DNA of 64,000 bases from Hydrolagus colliei. Taxonomy: Eukaryota. Shown here piece by piece: positions 1-12,284 of the stretch. Position 1 is the stretch's first letter. Each line of letters begins with the position of its first letter. A program made the translations under genes and the position numbers. The stretch lies in assembly GCA_035084275.1 (NCBI GenBank), contig CM068747.1:23560001-23624000 (forward strand), written 5' to 3'. The notes under the pieces are model-generated. The model was given only the letters and a program-made list of their open reading frames with translations. It made no database searches and was not told the DNA's origin.

Positions 1-1589
1 TTTGACAGAACAGAGAGTTGCAAAAACAATTTTCACTGAATATCCTCAAGCACTCTTACGTCACAGAGTTAACAGTTTTGTTCGCTAAATCAGCAGTGTT
101 TATCTGCTACTCTAGGTGGTGGTGTAACATTCTCAGGTTTTGATCCAACATTAGAAATGCAGTATAAACAGCCAAATTCATCTTTCTGCCTGGGTAGAGA
201 TGTCCAGCAATAATCATAACATACAACAGCCAGCAATAAAACAAACTGGCAGTTCTCTGTACCATGGCTTGTGTTTTAGTGAATGCAAGGAGTCCAAGAT
301 ACAGTGTAGGAGCGGATGGTGACTAAGCTAGTGCTAGCTCACCCACTAATACTAACTTTCCTAATTGAACATGTACGCTCTTTGATTGTCTGATCAAACA
401 GTAAACTGTCCACCAACAGTAAGATGTCACAGTGAACAGTATGTGTATAGCTCTGGCTTCACTCTCATTGCAAATGCCAGCAAGTAGTTCAAACAGGAAT
501 GACAAGAATCCTGCCCATACTGCTGTGAAAATATTTCATTTCCATGGCTGTTTGTGGAACATTGTTGTGCACAGATTGGCTATCACATTCACTTACAAAG
601 TACACAGTCACTACAGTGTCTCAATAACGTGTATAAGGCGCTATGTGAAGTGCAAGAATTATTTATATTTTATTATTAAAAGCCTGGAAGCAGATCAGCT
701 GACAATGTTTTCTCAAGTTTTTTAAATCCACTTGTGTGTTATTTTTTAAATCATAGGCAAAATAACTGTGATTATATATCTGTGTGTATAATTATAGTCA
801 TTATATAGGTGCAATTAGAAGCTGCATTCTTGAATTTTATTTTGACTTTGTCCTTTTTTAAAACAAAAGTTATATTCTGAGGATAGAAACCTATAGAAAT
901 TTTCCTGAAGATTTGGAAATGTTCAATTGGACGGTAGGTATAGTTATTGTGATTATTGAAAAGTAATATGTGGCTAACAGTGAGCTGAAATTCTATCACC
1001 TTATTTCCAATTCTGGAATACAACGGACCAAGGTTTTGCTGTGATGTACTCACACACAGTAAACCTCACATAAGTGCCTGTAACTATACCTTTAATATGA
1101 TTTATGAAAAGTAGGATTTATCCCAAACAGGTAAATAATAGCAACCTCAACAGGACTTATACGATTTAGGCGGTTATATGACTTGTACAGATCACACTTA
1201 CCCGAGTTTTACTGCATCGTATTTACTATCATAGCACAGTATTTAGACTCTAATCCACGTGATGGGCACTATATAAATGCAAGTTGTGGTTGTATAATTC
1301 AAGTATTTTTAAAGGAGGCTAAAATTGGGGAAAAGGCAGGTCAAAGAAACTAAATGGATTGCTCTTTGAAAGAGCCAGCACAGACATGATGGACTAAATG
1401 GCCTTCTCCAGTTTTGTAAATTTCTTTGGTGCTAAATACATGGTTAACTCCCTACCATTGTGTCAGTGTGAAAATACAGCCCATTGAGTATTCTGTACCT
1501 ATATTCCTATTTCATAAGGAATCCCATTAGAATTTACCTTGACCTTTGGAAACTCTGCTCTAGAACTAGAGCTCGTGGGAGGGTCAGAC

Positions 1590-2120
1590 TACAACAACAG
1601 CAACAAAACAACATTTGTACAATAACTTCAATTTATATAGCACCCTCTACGCCAGACGGCGTCTCAGAGTCCTTCACAATAATGGATCCCCGGGGCGAGC
1701 CAGGGGCAGGGGGAGAAAGCTGACTAAAGAGAGAAAGGAGTTTAGCTGAAACCTGAAACTGGGAAGAGAGGGGGAGAGGCGAAGGGAGGGAGGGAGTTCC
1801 AGAGTCTCGGGGCGTAGTGGCTGAAGGCACAGCCGCCGATGGTGGAGTGGAGGATTTGGGGGACAAGGAGGAGGCCAGACCCGGTGGAGTGAAGGCAACG
1901 GGTGCTGATTTGTGGAGCGAGGTCGGAGTAGAGGGGTGCAGAGGAGTGGAGGGATTTGAAAACAGTGCCTTTCATGTCGGGAGGACGTTGCAAGGTAATG
2001 AATACAGTATTTCGGACCCGAGCTGGGGGTCAGGATTGGTGAGGATAGAGATTGATCGAAAGTATGGTCGAAGAGGAGGCAAGGGAAGGAAGGAGTAAGG
2101 TGGAAGGATTGCGTGATGAA
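1590..2120 (-). mobile_element. L2-type LINE 3' fragment
   Basis: Minus frame ...STIGGCAFSHYAPRLWNSLPP (typical of the L2 ORF2 C-terminus); ends in GCTATATAAAT...(TTG)n tail. Confidence 0.75.
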
Positions 2121-5100
2121 GTTCTAGAGTGTTCCACACTGCAGATTTTTGATTACATACTTCTAGCTACTTGGACAGAGAGCATACTTTTCCAACCGAT
2201 TAAGAAATTCTGTGAAGAAAAAAATCACAAGTAACACCCACTGTGTCATATAGCACACCAATTACAATTATTCCCTTGTCGTTTTTCTTCACGGAAAAAT
2301 GTTTAAAAGTCATTGCACTGATTAACAATCTTAATATCTTCTGAAAATATCGTAAGGAATTGAAATAGAGTACCTTTATTACCATCCATTCATATTAATT
2401 AAAATTCCATTTGTCTCTCGGTGCTCCTTACTGTAACTGTTGACCCATAACTCAAAGAAACAGAAAAGACACCCTCCCCAAATATGTCAGGGCCGAAATC
2501 GAGATTTGTGCCATCTAGTGGCGAATTTGCTAAAACAATTACTAGTTGAATATCCAGAGACAAAAGGAAAATAGTATCGGAAATGTGAAAAAAGAAGAAA
2601 CAAAACAAAAGGATTATACAACATCAGAATAGGAGGCGCAAGGGCTTGTATGGAGTATAAACACTGGCACAAACTAGTTGGGAAAAATAACTTGTTTCTG
2701 TACCACATCACTCTATGTAACCATATATACATATACAGTATATATCTCCTGATTGACCTGCTGTCATTTCCATCATTTCCCATTTGCAGGAAGTGCATGA
2801 ATTATCTTATTTTTCCAATGCACAATCGGTTGCCATGTTTCACCCACAAAATATGCTTTACAATTCACTCTACAGTATATTCTGTGATGTACTTTGAGGT
2901 GTTTCAAAGGCAAGATAAGTTGCGATATCAAATGCAAGAATTATTATGACTATTATTATTAATCTCTAGTATGCCCAGAGGAACATAAGTATATTTTACT
3001 TTTCTTAGGGACAATTCCCTATATTTCATGTTTGAGTAAGTAATTATGCTAGATATGTAAATATTTTCTCATTTCAAAACAATAAATTAACTTTTTCTTG
3101 CCTTTTTTTTATATTACTTTTTTTATTGAATAGGAAACTTGATTTGTAGAACCACTGAGTTAAACAGACATAAGAAGATGAATTGTTACAAATGGAGCTG
3201 TCACTACCTCACCTTTCTTACCCGATTAAAACTTTGCTAATTTGACAACTTCACATTAGCATGTCATTAAAACTCCACATTGAAACAAAAATATTCAAAG
3301 TAACAAAAACAGAATTAATTTACAGTACGACAATCATTTAATTTTTGCTTATACAGTACTTTAAAAGCGGACTAAATGTGTTTGTATTATACCGGCAAAT
3401 ACATTGCAAAATAATCATTACACACTTCACAGAGCCACCTGCTTCAATAAGATAATCCAGAAAGATTTCATGGGCATATAAACATATAAAAAGAGATGAA
3501 GAGATCCTATGACTTCTGCAAAATATTTGTGCACAAATGAGGGTTTTATTGATATGTACCAGTTTTTAAAATACAGTATATATCCCCACTGGCTTAATTA
3601 CTTATATACAGTTCTGTAAAAACATACATCAATAGACATTTTAGAATGAATGCCAAAGTTTGCTATGAATCATGCATTAAACCAAAGCCAATGGAATTTC
3701 ACTGAACCATATGCATTAATCTGCCTTAATGCTTCAGCATTGTACTTGATGCTTGCACTTAGCTAACTAGCTCGAGTGCCAAGAATGTAGCTGTCAGTGA
3801 ACTGCGAAGGCTATTTTGCAGCTAATAATATAATAATAATAATAATATAATAATAAGATAGCAATTAGACTATGATATTCCCACTCAACAGCAACTTGCT
3901 CTTATTGGAGTACTGTATATCAATTTAATAGCTTACTGCTTGGTGAACATTCAGCATCTTGCAATTTCCTCTTAGTCGTTTTTCCAGTTCACTAACCAGC
4001 CATTTCAATGCCTTCATTCCCACAGGCCTCAGAAGCAAATTAATCTGTCACTGCTTAGTGTATTAACAGTACCGCTTTTTAATCATTGTAAATACAAGAG
4101 GACCCCTTGGAATAACATAAAAATACTGTAATAATCCTTAGGTTGATACAGGGTATTCCACATCACTGTAAAGTTTAGTTTGTGATGGTGCATTTTGTAT
4201 GCAAGCAAGGCAGCCAACTTGATCCAACAAATATGGCTGGTTATAATAATCTTTATATTTGATACAGTGCCTTAGATCTTTACCCTGCTTCACATGGTTT
4301 TGCTGTGAAGACTGGTCGGTGATTGTATATTTTTGATTTTAGAATACTGTCTGTGAAAAATGTTGTTTCATGGTGACATGAATTCAGAATGGAATAACTT
4401 CAACTTGGCATTACCAGGCTATCGTAATGAGATTCCATTTCACGTAGATGTCAAATCGCTCAACACACATTGCAGGAACACTGCTTGGTGAAACAAAATG
4501 ATGGCAAATCTAATGATTTTATGGTACTCTAGCAAAAGCCAACAACTGCCATAGGCTAGCCTACTTAAGCAGATAGTGCACAACCTTTTATTAATGCTAA
4601 AGGCAGTGACTCTTTAAATCTAGATTTGTGAGACCTTGTGCTAACTAATAACCTGTAATTAATTTCTTTATCATGCAATTTTCTAATGAAACTGTGTTGG
4701 GATAAGCTTATGTTACCCTGATGCACTCGCAGCTATCTGAACCTATTCCAGTCTTCATTAAAGGCTTGTTGATACAAACCATACTTAAGCTATTTAATAT
4801 GTACAGCTTCTGGATTTAATCCCAGAGAGTAATGGTGTTCATCAAAACATTTCTATCTTTAAAATCACACAAGGTGGATAATTTGTAGTAAACATGTAGC
4901 CTTCTCACCCACGTTGGCTGAATAATAACACGTACTTATTAAATACTGTAGTGCTTTTCATACATAGATACATCGGAGCAAGGTGCAAGCTGAGGGAAGG
5001 CAGGGATGAAGGGACACAAAGTATAGGGGGTGGGGGGGCAATAAAGGGAATTTGATTGAGAGCACAATCCTAGCCAAATAGAAGTTTTGAATTTTGAAAG

Positions 5101-5974
5101 CTAAGTGACAAATATTCATCTTAAAAACAACCATAATACTCTCATAAGTATTATTTTATCAACTATCTTAGAGACCAATAGTAAAGCAATTTACCACCAA
5201 ATAGTCTTAGATAATTCTGATACTTTATTAATATGATCCAAAACTAATGCGACACCTGGATTATATTGTACAATTACATCAGATAGAAATACCAATGGAA
5301 TGCACCAGACTGCCCTCCACCATTTCATCACAAAAATAACCTGCCTTACCTGTGATGTTTTTCCTTTCCTGATACAGTACAATATTCTACTCCCCTTCCT
5401 GCACAGCAAATAGCTCAACAGCCACAACTCAATCAAGGTAATAGCTCAATATTTATTGGATCCAATCTTGCACACGGCTGCAAACTGTTAACTGCTTGCT
5501 TACTCGTATTGTCCACACTCCTTGCTACTTTTGGCATATTGAGATTATTTTCTCTAAGATTGTGTTTCAAGTGCTTCTGTGCTGTGGAGATGTTGAGTTT
5601 GTAACACTTCATTTATTACAAGTGAGAGGAAAGCAAGTGGTTAGATCTAGTGTGCTTTGCGAGTCAAAGATTTTATTAACTTTTCTCCAGAAACTATTTG
5701 AAATCATTTGATGTGTTAAATTAATCCCCAAATTAAACAAAGCACAAACGGTACCATTGTAACCAGAATGCAGTGCGGAGACTTAATAACGACGCTACTT
5801 TTCGGTGAAAGGTTGTTCTGAACTAGAAGGGTGAAATTCATTTTGCCAGCTAAATGCAACTTTATCAGCGCAGTCAGAATGGAATTTTCTACATTACATA
5901 CACACATCAACCAATAGGCCACTGGGAAGGGCATCAACCAGTGGAAAACCATACAGCTCTAGGCTTTAATACAT

Positions 5975-6149
5975 TTCTTAACTCAGAGGGTAGCAAATTT
6001 ATGGAATTCACTACCCCAGAAGGCTGTAGATGCTCAGTCCTTGAACATTTTCAAGGCTGAGACTGATAGATTTTTTGAAAAATAGAGGGATATGGGGATA
6101 GGGCAGGTAATCAGAGTTAGGTGAGAAGATCAGCCATGATCTTATTGAA
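5975..6149 (+). mobile_element. CR1/HER1-type LINE 3' end
   Basis: TGGAATTCACTACCCCAGAAGGCTGT...GATCAGCCATGATCTTATTGAATGGCAGAGCAGGCTCGAAGGGCTGAATGGCCTACTCCTGCTCCTAATTCTTATGTTCTTA, the characteristic chondrichthyan CR1 tail. Related pieces at about 1370-1425, 19670-19755, 48745-48825 and 62490-62680. Confidence 0.8.
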
Positions 6150-6248
6150 TGGCAGAGCAGGCTCGAAGGGCTGAATGGCCTACTCCTGCTCCTAATTCTT
6201 ATGTTCTTAATGGCAACCGATCAACGAAAGCAGTAGTCATTAATCCTA

Positions 6249-6549
6249 GAGTCCTGTAGCTCAGTGGTTAGTGCACTTGCCTTACAAGCGAGAGATCTGG
6301 GTTCAATTCTAGGCAGAACAAAACCTTGGGCAAGTTTCCCTACCCCACACGCCTAATAAGCCCTCAAATTTTTTTTGTGTAATTTCAATCCACGACTGTT
6401 TGTGGGACACTGCTGTGCGCAATTAGCTGCCGCGTTTTTTCGCCTGCAAATATACAGTGAATTCACTTTACAGTATATTCTGTGAAGCTCTTTGAGATGT
6501 CTAAGTGTGAAAAGCATTATATCAAATGCAAGGATTATTACTATTATTA
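6249..6549 (+). mobile_element. tRNA-derived SINE, near full length
   Basis: Head with A box TAGCTCAGTGG and B box GGTTCAATTC; core CCACGACTGTTTGTGGGACACTGCTGTGCGCAATT; tail ATCAAATGCAAGGATTATTA(TTA)n. Confidence 0.85.
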
Positions 6550-7039
6550 AACCATTGCAATTGGCCTAGGAATGGGAAATTACCAGTGTACCTATTCCAG
6601 TAACACTTCCTAAAATATATGTGTGTGTGGATGGGGACTGAAGAGAGCTGCTCCAAGGGTGGACATTTGCTGCAAGCAAAGGCTTAATGGCCAAATAGCT
6701 TCTTGATTGATTTCATTACTCAATTATACGAATCTAAAGAAACACGGAAACATATGTAAAGCAGTGGTATATTTATGGCATAAATCAAGAAAATGTTGTT
6801 GGCTGACCATAAAGGTTGAACACCACTGAGTTCAAATAACATGTTCTGTACCATGAAATTGTGCAACAGATTTTTAAAAAGGAATCTATTCCAAAATATT
6901 ATAGCTCAAGGACAACACACAATTCTTATTATTCTATTCCATATTCCTGTGTATAGGGACCTTTATCGTAATATGCATATTAATATGCTGTGCTGCACTT
7001 CAGACACATTACAGAATAAAATCATTCAGAAAACACAGA

Positions 7040-7358
7040 AAAGAATGTTTCAAACAAATTTATTATGTTCTGCACAAATTCTATAAGAAAGAACTGCACA
7101 ACAGCTACAATTCAACTCAAAAGCTGTGAATGCAAAGGTTACATGAATTAGAGCAAATGTCTTCAAGCTGTAAAGCGTTTTTTTAACTACCTATTTTAAA
7201 ACACAGTAGTCAATATCTGTCAAGGTCTTCACTCGCTGTCCATTCCCAGAAAATAAAAAAAAACTGTTCGGTTACTAGTAAACGTCACGAGTGGAAGTCA
7301 CTGTGTCCTGTCAGGTGACTAGTCAGTCATCTGCTGTGTCATGTCATTTGTCCTCATT
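7040..7358 (-). other. rbm45: Probable non-coding terminal (3'UTR) exon of rbm45 with polyA signal
   Basis: Acceptor TGTTTTTGTTTCTGCAG| at 7358; AATAAA at 7059-7064 (minus strand) followed by a U/GU-rich tract; pairs with the donor at 9178. Confidence 0.55.
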
Positions 7359-9202
7359 CTGCAGAAACAAAAACATTTATAAGAGTGCTGTGAAAATAAA
7401 AAAGATGTTAATGCAAGTCTATAAGGAATACAGGTACAGTTTACTGAAATGGTCCAGAAGCAAAAAGGCCTGTATTTCTAACTTCCTATGAATGTAAACT
7501 TTAAGATATGTACAGTATTAGCAATATCCGTCCAAGGCATTCGATCAAATTATAGGATGTACCATTTGCCGGTCTACTTACCAGGAAGAGCAGGAGGTCA
7601 AGACTAAAACCGTTATCAATTTTATTCTGGGGAAGATCACGAGGACCATGTTTGCTTGAAATCCCAGGCAATAGAATAAAGAAAACTGATTGAATTGTTT
7701 GGGGGGTAAATAGGCACTTGTTTTCTTCCCCCACTACCTCTTTTGGTAGCTTGATACAAGAACAGACTCTGCATTCCTGTCTGGAGTGAGGCTTGCTCTT
7801 GAGTATTCCGAGGACGTTTGCCAATCGCAAGTCATCTGGGCAAAGGAGAGAAAAGCATGCCCTGGAGGCTTCTCTTCCCTTCCTCAAGGACACCCACAGC
7901 AAACCTGGCAAAACTGCGTTAACACTATCCATGCAAATATAAACGACAATGCAAGACAACCAGAACATGAAGGACAATGTAAAAGTTCCATATTTGTATC
8001 ATGTAATAGGTAAAATACATGGTGCGGATGATGGATGTGAACTGAAAAATTGAATCTTCTGCAGTTGTGTATTTAAAGGGGGAAAGAAAAGCCAATTCTA
8101 GCAACAAAAAAAAGCTGGTTAGAATAGTTGTTAGAAGAGTGCAACATGGAAAATCAGGACAATAAAAAAAGTAAAATTAGTCTGATAAAGATTATCTTGA
8201 CAAGTTCACTGGTTGCAACCAGTAAAGGGAAATCAGAATTTCTTGAAATACGTGCATTTCTTTTTAAAAACAGAAAATACATTGAGAAATGGACTGTTTT
8301 GAGCTTTTAAAACTGAGCCCAGAGTCTGAGGAGACAAGGACACTCAAGATCCAGATCAATCCAATCACTCCTTTTAGGAGTGCACCTGTCATATATTAAA
8401 ATGTAAAAATCTTTGCTTATAGAAGCCTTACATAAATTCACTTCTTTGTAGCAAAGTGGTACGAAAGAGCATTCAATTACATTTAAGAAATCTGTTCCAT
8501 TCATGGATTTCATAGATTGTAGTTACGCATATGCATAAACTTCTATTTACTTAAAATCTAACAGACCCGTCATCTTTCCAGGTTCAGTTTCAAAACAGTT
8601 CTTTAAAACGATTAAGTTTCATACAAATATATATTCAACAAAGTAAACAAAATGAATATTTTAACATTCAATTTCAGTGTTAAGGGCAGCGTATTTTGTT
8701 TTGATCAGTCAGATGGCTGAGACATGCGGAAATCCATCACCATACTAAAGACTACACAAACCAGCCAAGTGTTCCACATATGCATGCCACCTACATTTAA
8801 ACATTTCCCCGCTTGGAATGCACTCTCTAATTCTGCAGGAACGCAAAACAATATTGTGTAAAACACAAGCTTAGTATATTATCTGGGAAAATGGATCACC
8901 CTGTGAGTTATTTCTGCTCTTCAACAGGCAGTAAGTATGGATGATTATTATCTTTGACCTGACATTCACAAAACTAAACTCTTGTTGCATTTATCCACCA
9001 AAATGGGCAACCGTATCCACCAGGAAACTATAAATTGCCTGAAGAAGATATGCTCAGAACTCAGGAAAAAAGAACAGACAGACCTTCGATACCGATTGCC
9101 GTGAGATGAATTTCAACTTGAGTGCTACATGTGATTATAAAATGCAGAAATACTAAACCAAGCTACAGTGCACTTACCTGACACAACCTTCTTTGTAGAT
9201 GC

Positions 9203-9395
9203 TTAGTGTGTTCTCTGTCGCTTGTGTGACTCTTCCCTTGGAGGATCAGCTAACATTACTTTGAGCTTTACACCATTGACAACCTTGCCATGCAAAGCTT
9301 CCATGGCTTCGGCAGCATTGGCCCTTTCCGCAAACTTGATGTAGCCAATATTACGGCCCGGCACCAAGTAAACATCCATCAGGTTCCCATAACGA
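9203..9395 (-). CDS. rbm45: RBM45 last coding exon (C-terminal RRM and basic NLS-like tail)
   Basis: TTTCCTCCTAG| [63 protein letters not shown]; starts in phase 2; the exon continues to donor CAG|GTAAGT at 9178. Confidence 0.95.
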
Positions 9396-9679
9396 CTAGG
9401 AGGAAACAGAAATTATTCAAGTGGTTTCTTTTAAAATAAGCAGATCCAGAACTATATACATATATATGTAGATTTCCAATGTAAGCTTTAAAAGTAACTA
9501 ATGCATCAAAAGCAAAATGTATTTCTCCAAAAAAATAAGAACCAGAAACTCAGTGAAAGTGCAACGATGAACGCAATAAAGTGGTAACTAAGTGGAAGTT
9601 ATTCTCTTGCAACAGCGATTGTTAATGTGAAAATTAATACTGCTTTAAATCTTGCAATTGTAGCTATATCCATGGATAA

Positions 9680-10170
9680 ACAACAACAAAATTACATTTA
9701 TAGAGCGCCTTTCACGTCGGGGGGACGTCCTAAGGCACTGAATAGCTAGGTCAGGGCCCGCCAGGGGGGGGGGAGGGGCGGGATCACGGTAGGGGGAAGG
9801 AGAGGGGAGAGAGTTAGGAGGGGAGCAGAAGACACGGTTGAAGAGGTAGGTCTTGAGACCGGCCTTGAAGGAGGAAACGGAGGAAGCAAGTCGAAGGGAT
9901 TGCGGGTTGGAGTTCCAGAATGTGGGGGCAGAGAGGCTGAAAGCCCAGTCACCAATGGTAGGGCAGTTCGGGTGGGGGACGCGGAGCAGGCCAGAGTCTG
10001 CAGAACGGAGGGGACAGGCAGGCTGACAGGGAGACAGCAGGTCGGAGACAGGTGGGGCAAGGCCGTGAATGGTCTTGAAAGTGAGGATGAGGATCTTGAA
10101 TTCGACCCTCTGGGAGATGGGGAGTCAATGGAGACAGGCGAGGGTGGGAGTGATATGGTCGTGGAGCCTT
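9680..10170 (-). mobile_element. L2-type LINE 3' fragment in rbm45 intron
   Basis: Same family as 1590-2120; tail GACGTGAAAGGCGCTCTATAAATGTAATTTTGTTGTTG. Confidence 0.75.
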
Positions 10171-10279
10171 TAGTTATAAAGCTATAACATCTGAACACTA
10201 TCATCCTGTGTTTCCATGTGAATCAGCAGCAAGCACATCATAATGGGTCTTTTAAAGGGACCGAAACCACCAAAACATT

Positions 10280-10500
10280 TTCAGATGTTATAGCTTTATA
10301 ATAAAGGCTCCACGACCATATCCACTCCAAACATTTGCTGTCTCCAAACTGATCCTCCAATATCTCCAGAGGCACAGTTGAATTCAAGATCCACTACATC
10401 CTCACTCTTCACAGAACATTCACGGCACTCTGACCCCACCTAGTCTCCGACCTGCTGTACCTCCACCTGATACCAGACCTGCCATTGTCCCTCAGTTCTG
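10280..10500 (-). other. rbm45: Garbled site of RBM45 exon 8 (exon remnants mixed with an inverted copy of 10001-10195)
   Basis: Acceptor-like CACTTTAATTCAG (exon start 10497) and remnant peptide PLEILED (10352-10372; human LPLDVLEDIFC), but no continuous frame. The segment aligns with many 1-nt insertions to the reverse complement of 10001-10195. Confidence 0.7.
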
Positions 10501-10886
10501 AATTAAAGTGATCACAATCACATACTGTTGCCAACAAAAGAGAGGTTTAAAGCTCTAATTAAATTTGTACAGTATACACGTTGGAAGATACTGCACAAGA
10601 CTATTTGTTTGGGGAATGGTTTACTAAACTACTGTTTTCCTAATGCTACTTTGGTTCATAAAACTAATAATTATTTCTGCAGCTGAGATTACACCATGAC
10701 TAGGTTTAGAAACAGTTGCAACTCACTTAAGATACCATCAGCCTCAATTATAAGGGGAACAATAACAGATCAGATCAAAACAAGCAACAAATGATAGTTT
10801 TGAAAGTGGTGAAGAACAGCAGATACACAATTTACTATCTTTTAGAAATGCCAGTAAATGTTTTTCACCTGTCGTTCGGTACTCAC

Positions 10887-10980
10887 AGGCGTTGGCATCA
10901 TCTGCTGTGTAGTGGGACTACCACAGACCATTGACATCATCTGAGCGGCCACCAGCTGCAAAGCCATCATTCCAACTGGA
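10887..10980 (-). CDS. rbm45: RBM45 coding exon 7
   Basis: CCCTATACAG| (N)PVGMMALQLVAAQMMSMVCGSPTTQQMMPTP |GTGAGT; 94 nt, phase 2/0. Confidence 0.9.
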
Positions 10981-11115
10981 CTGTATAGGGAGAAACAATG
11001 AAGCAGATCTAACGCTTTGCAAATTTAAACCAAACGGTGGCTCTAAGTCTACTGCAAAAATATACCAGAAAAGAAGTAATGTCCAAATTTTCATACATGT
11101 AATACAGAGACTTAC

Positions 11116-11251
11116 TTTGACCGCCTATCTCCAGATTCATCCTCAACATAACTGATTCCCAGTCTATTACCAGGTGGATATTCAAATCCATTCAGCTTTT
11201 CTCTTGCATAGACTGCTGACGCCACATTGTTGTATCGAATAAGAGCATATC
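11116..11251 (-). CDS. rbm45: RBM45 coding exon 6
   Basis: TGTCTCTAG| (G)YALIRYNNVASAVYAREKLNGFEYPPGNRLGISYVEDESGDRRS |GTAAGT; 136 nt, phase 1/2. Confidence 0.93.
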
Positions 11252-11505
11252 CTAGAGACAAACAATTACTTGTAATCAATCTCTAATAATGAACTCTTTT
11301 GCAAGTATAAAAATAATCAGATTCTTACACATAGATTCAGATGCAGACAACAAAAGATAACATTCTTTGTTTTAACACACACCTTCTAATTTTACATTTC
11401 CATGGCTCAACTTGTGCTACAGAAAGTAAGATCTGCACAACCGTGCCACCTACTGGCTTGACAAAACACTTTCAAATTTACATATACATATTCCAAAGTA
11501 TTTAC

Positions 11506-11688
11506 CTTTGCTATAGCCCATGTAGGGATCTCTTTGAATTTCACAGTACTCCAGCCCTGGGATGAGATCAAATATGCTATAAACCTGTTCATGTGTAAGG
11601 ACTCCTCTTGTGGTGACTGAAAGGCATGTGGAAATGTTTTCTCCCCCTCTTACATCACTCACTCCAAAGCTGCTAAATTCACCTGCAC
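11506..11688 (-). CDS. rbm45: RBM45 coding exon 5 (homo-oligomer assembly / pseudo-RRM region); alternative acceptor gives start 11682
   Basis: (G)AGEFSSFGVSDVRGGENISTCLSVTTRGVLTHEQVYSIFDLIPGLEYCEIQRDPYMGYSK |GTAAAT; phase 1/1; two in-frame AG acceptors 6 nt apart. Confidence 0.9.
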
Positions 11689-12068
11689 CTTCATCATTTA
11701 GAAAAAAGTAAAACACACGAGGATTTATACATGAATTTTGCCATCATTATGGCAATATAATAAACAATATAATAATCATTATTGTTTCATTTGATATAGT
11801 GTTTTTCACATATTCTAGACGCTTCAAAGCGCTAAAATATGACATTAATATGGAACAACAGCATCCATGCACCTCATATAGATCTAAACTTTGTGAACAA
11901 ACAGTGTTGTTAATCTTCCCCATGCACTCACAATCCAAGGAATCAATTAGTAACTATTAATATATCACTAATGAGCTGATACTATAATTGTTAAGCAACA
12001 ATCCGAACTGTTTCAATAATTAAGCTTCTGCATTTAAGTACATAAATGAATATATAGGAAACACATAC

Positions 12069-12209
12069 CAAAAGGAGATGTATTTGGGGCTCTTGAAGGC
12101 TCATACCCTGTTCCAAAAACTGTGGCATCTTGTCTGGGTGCATTCATGTAGTCATTTTCAGAAAATAAATTTTGTTTGTTTCGAGGTTCCGCGAGTATTG
12201 CCTTAAAAG
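12069..12209 (-). CDS. rbm45: RBM45 coding exon 4
   Basis: TTCTTGCACAG| (T)FKAILAEPRNKQNLFSENDYMNAPRQDATVFGTGYEPSRAPNTSPF |GTATGT; 141 nt, phase 1/1. Confidence 0.9.
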
Positions 12210-12284
12210 CTGTGCAAGAAAGTAATTATAGTTAATAATATCGTACTGATTAAATGCTTTGCATGGATAGATTATACCAACTTT

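Noticed and set aside
6249-6320. tRNA-Val(TAC)-like sequence (also at 25310-25382, 38074, 45469, 56140-56209)
   Set aside because: These are SINE heads: no complete acceptor stem, a variable anticodon loop between copies, and most are joined to the SINE core and tail.
7501-7977. 158-aa minus-strand ORF in the rbm45 3' region
   Set aside because: No similarity to RBM45 or OSBPL6 as recalled; lies within the 3'UTR intron.
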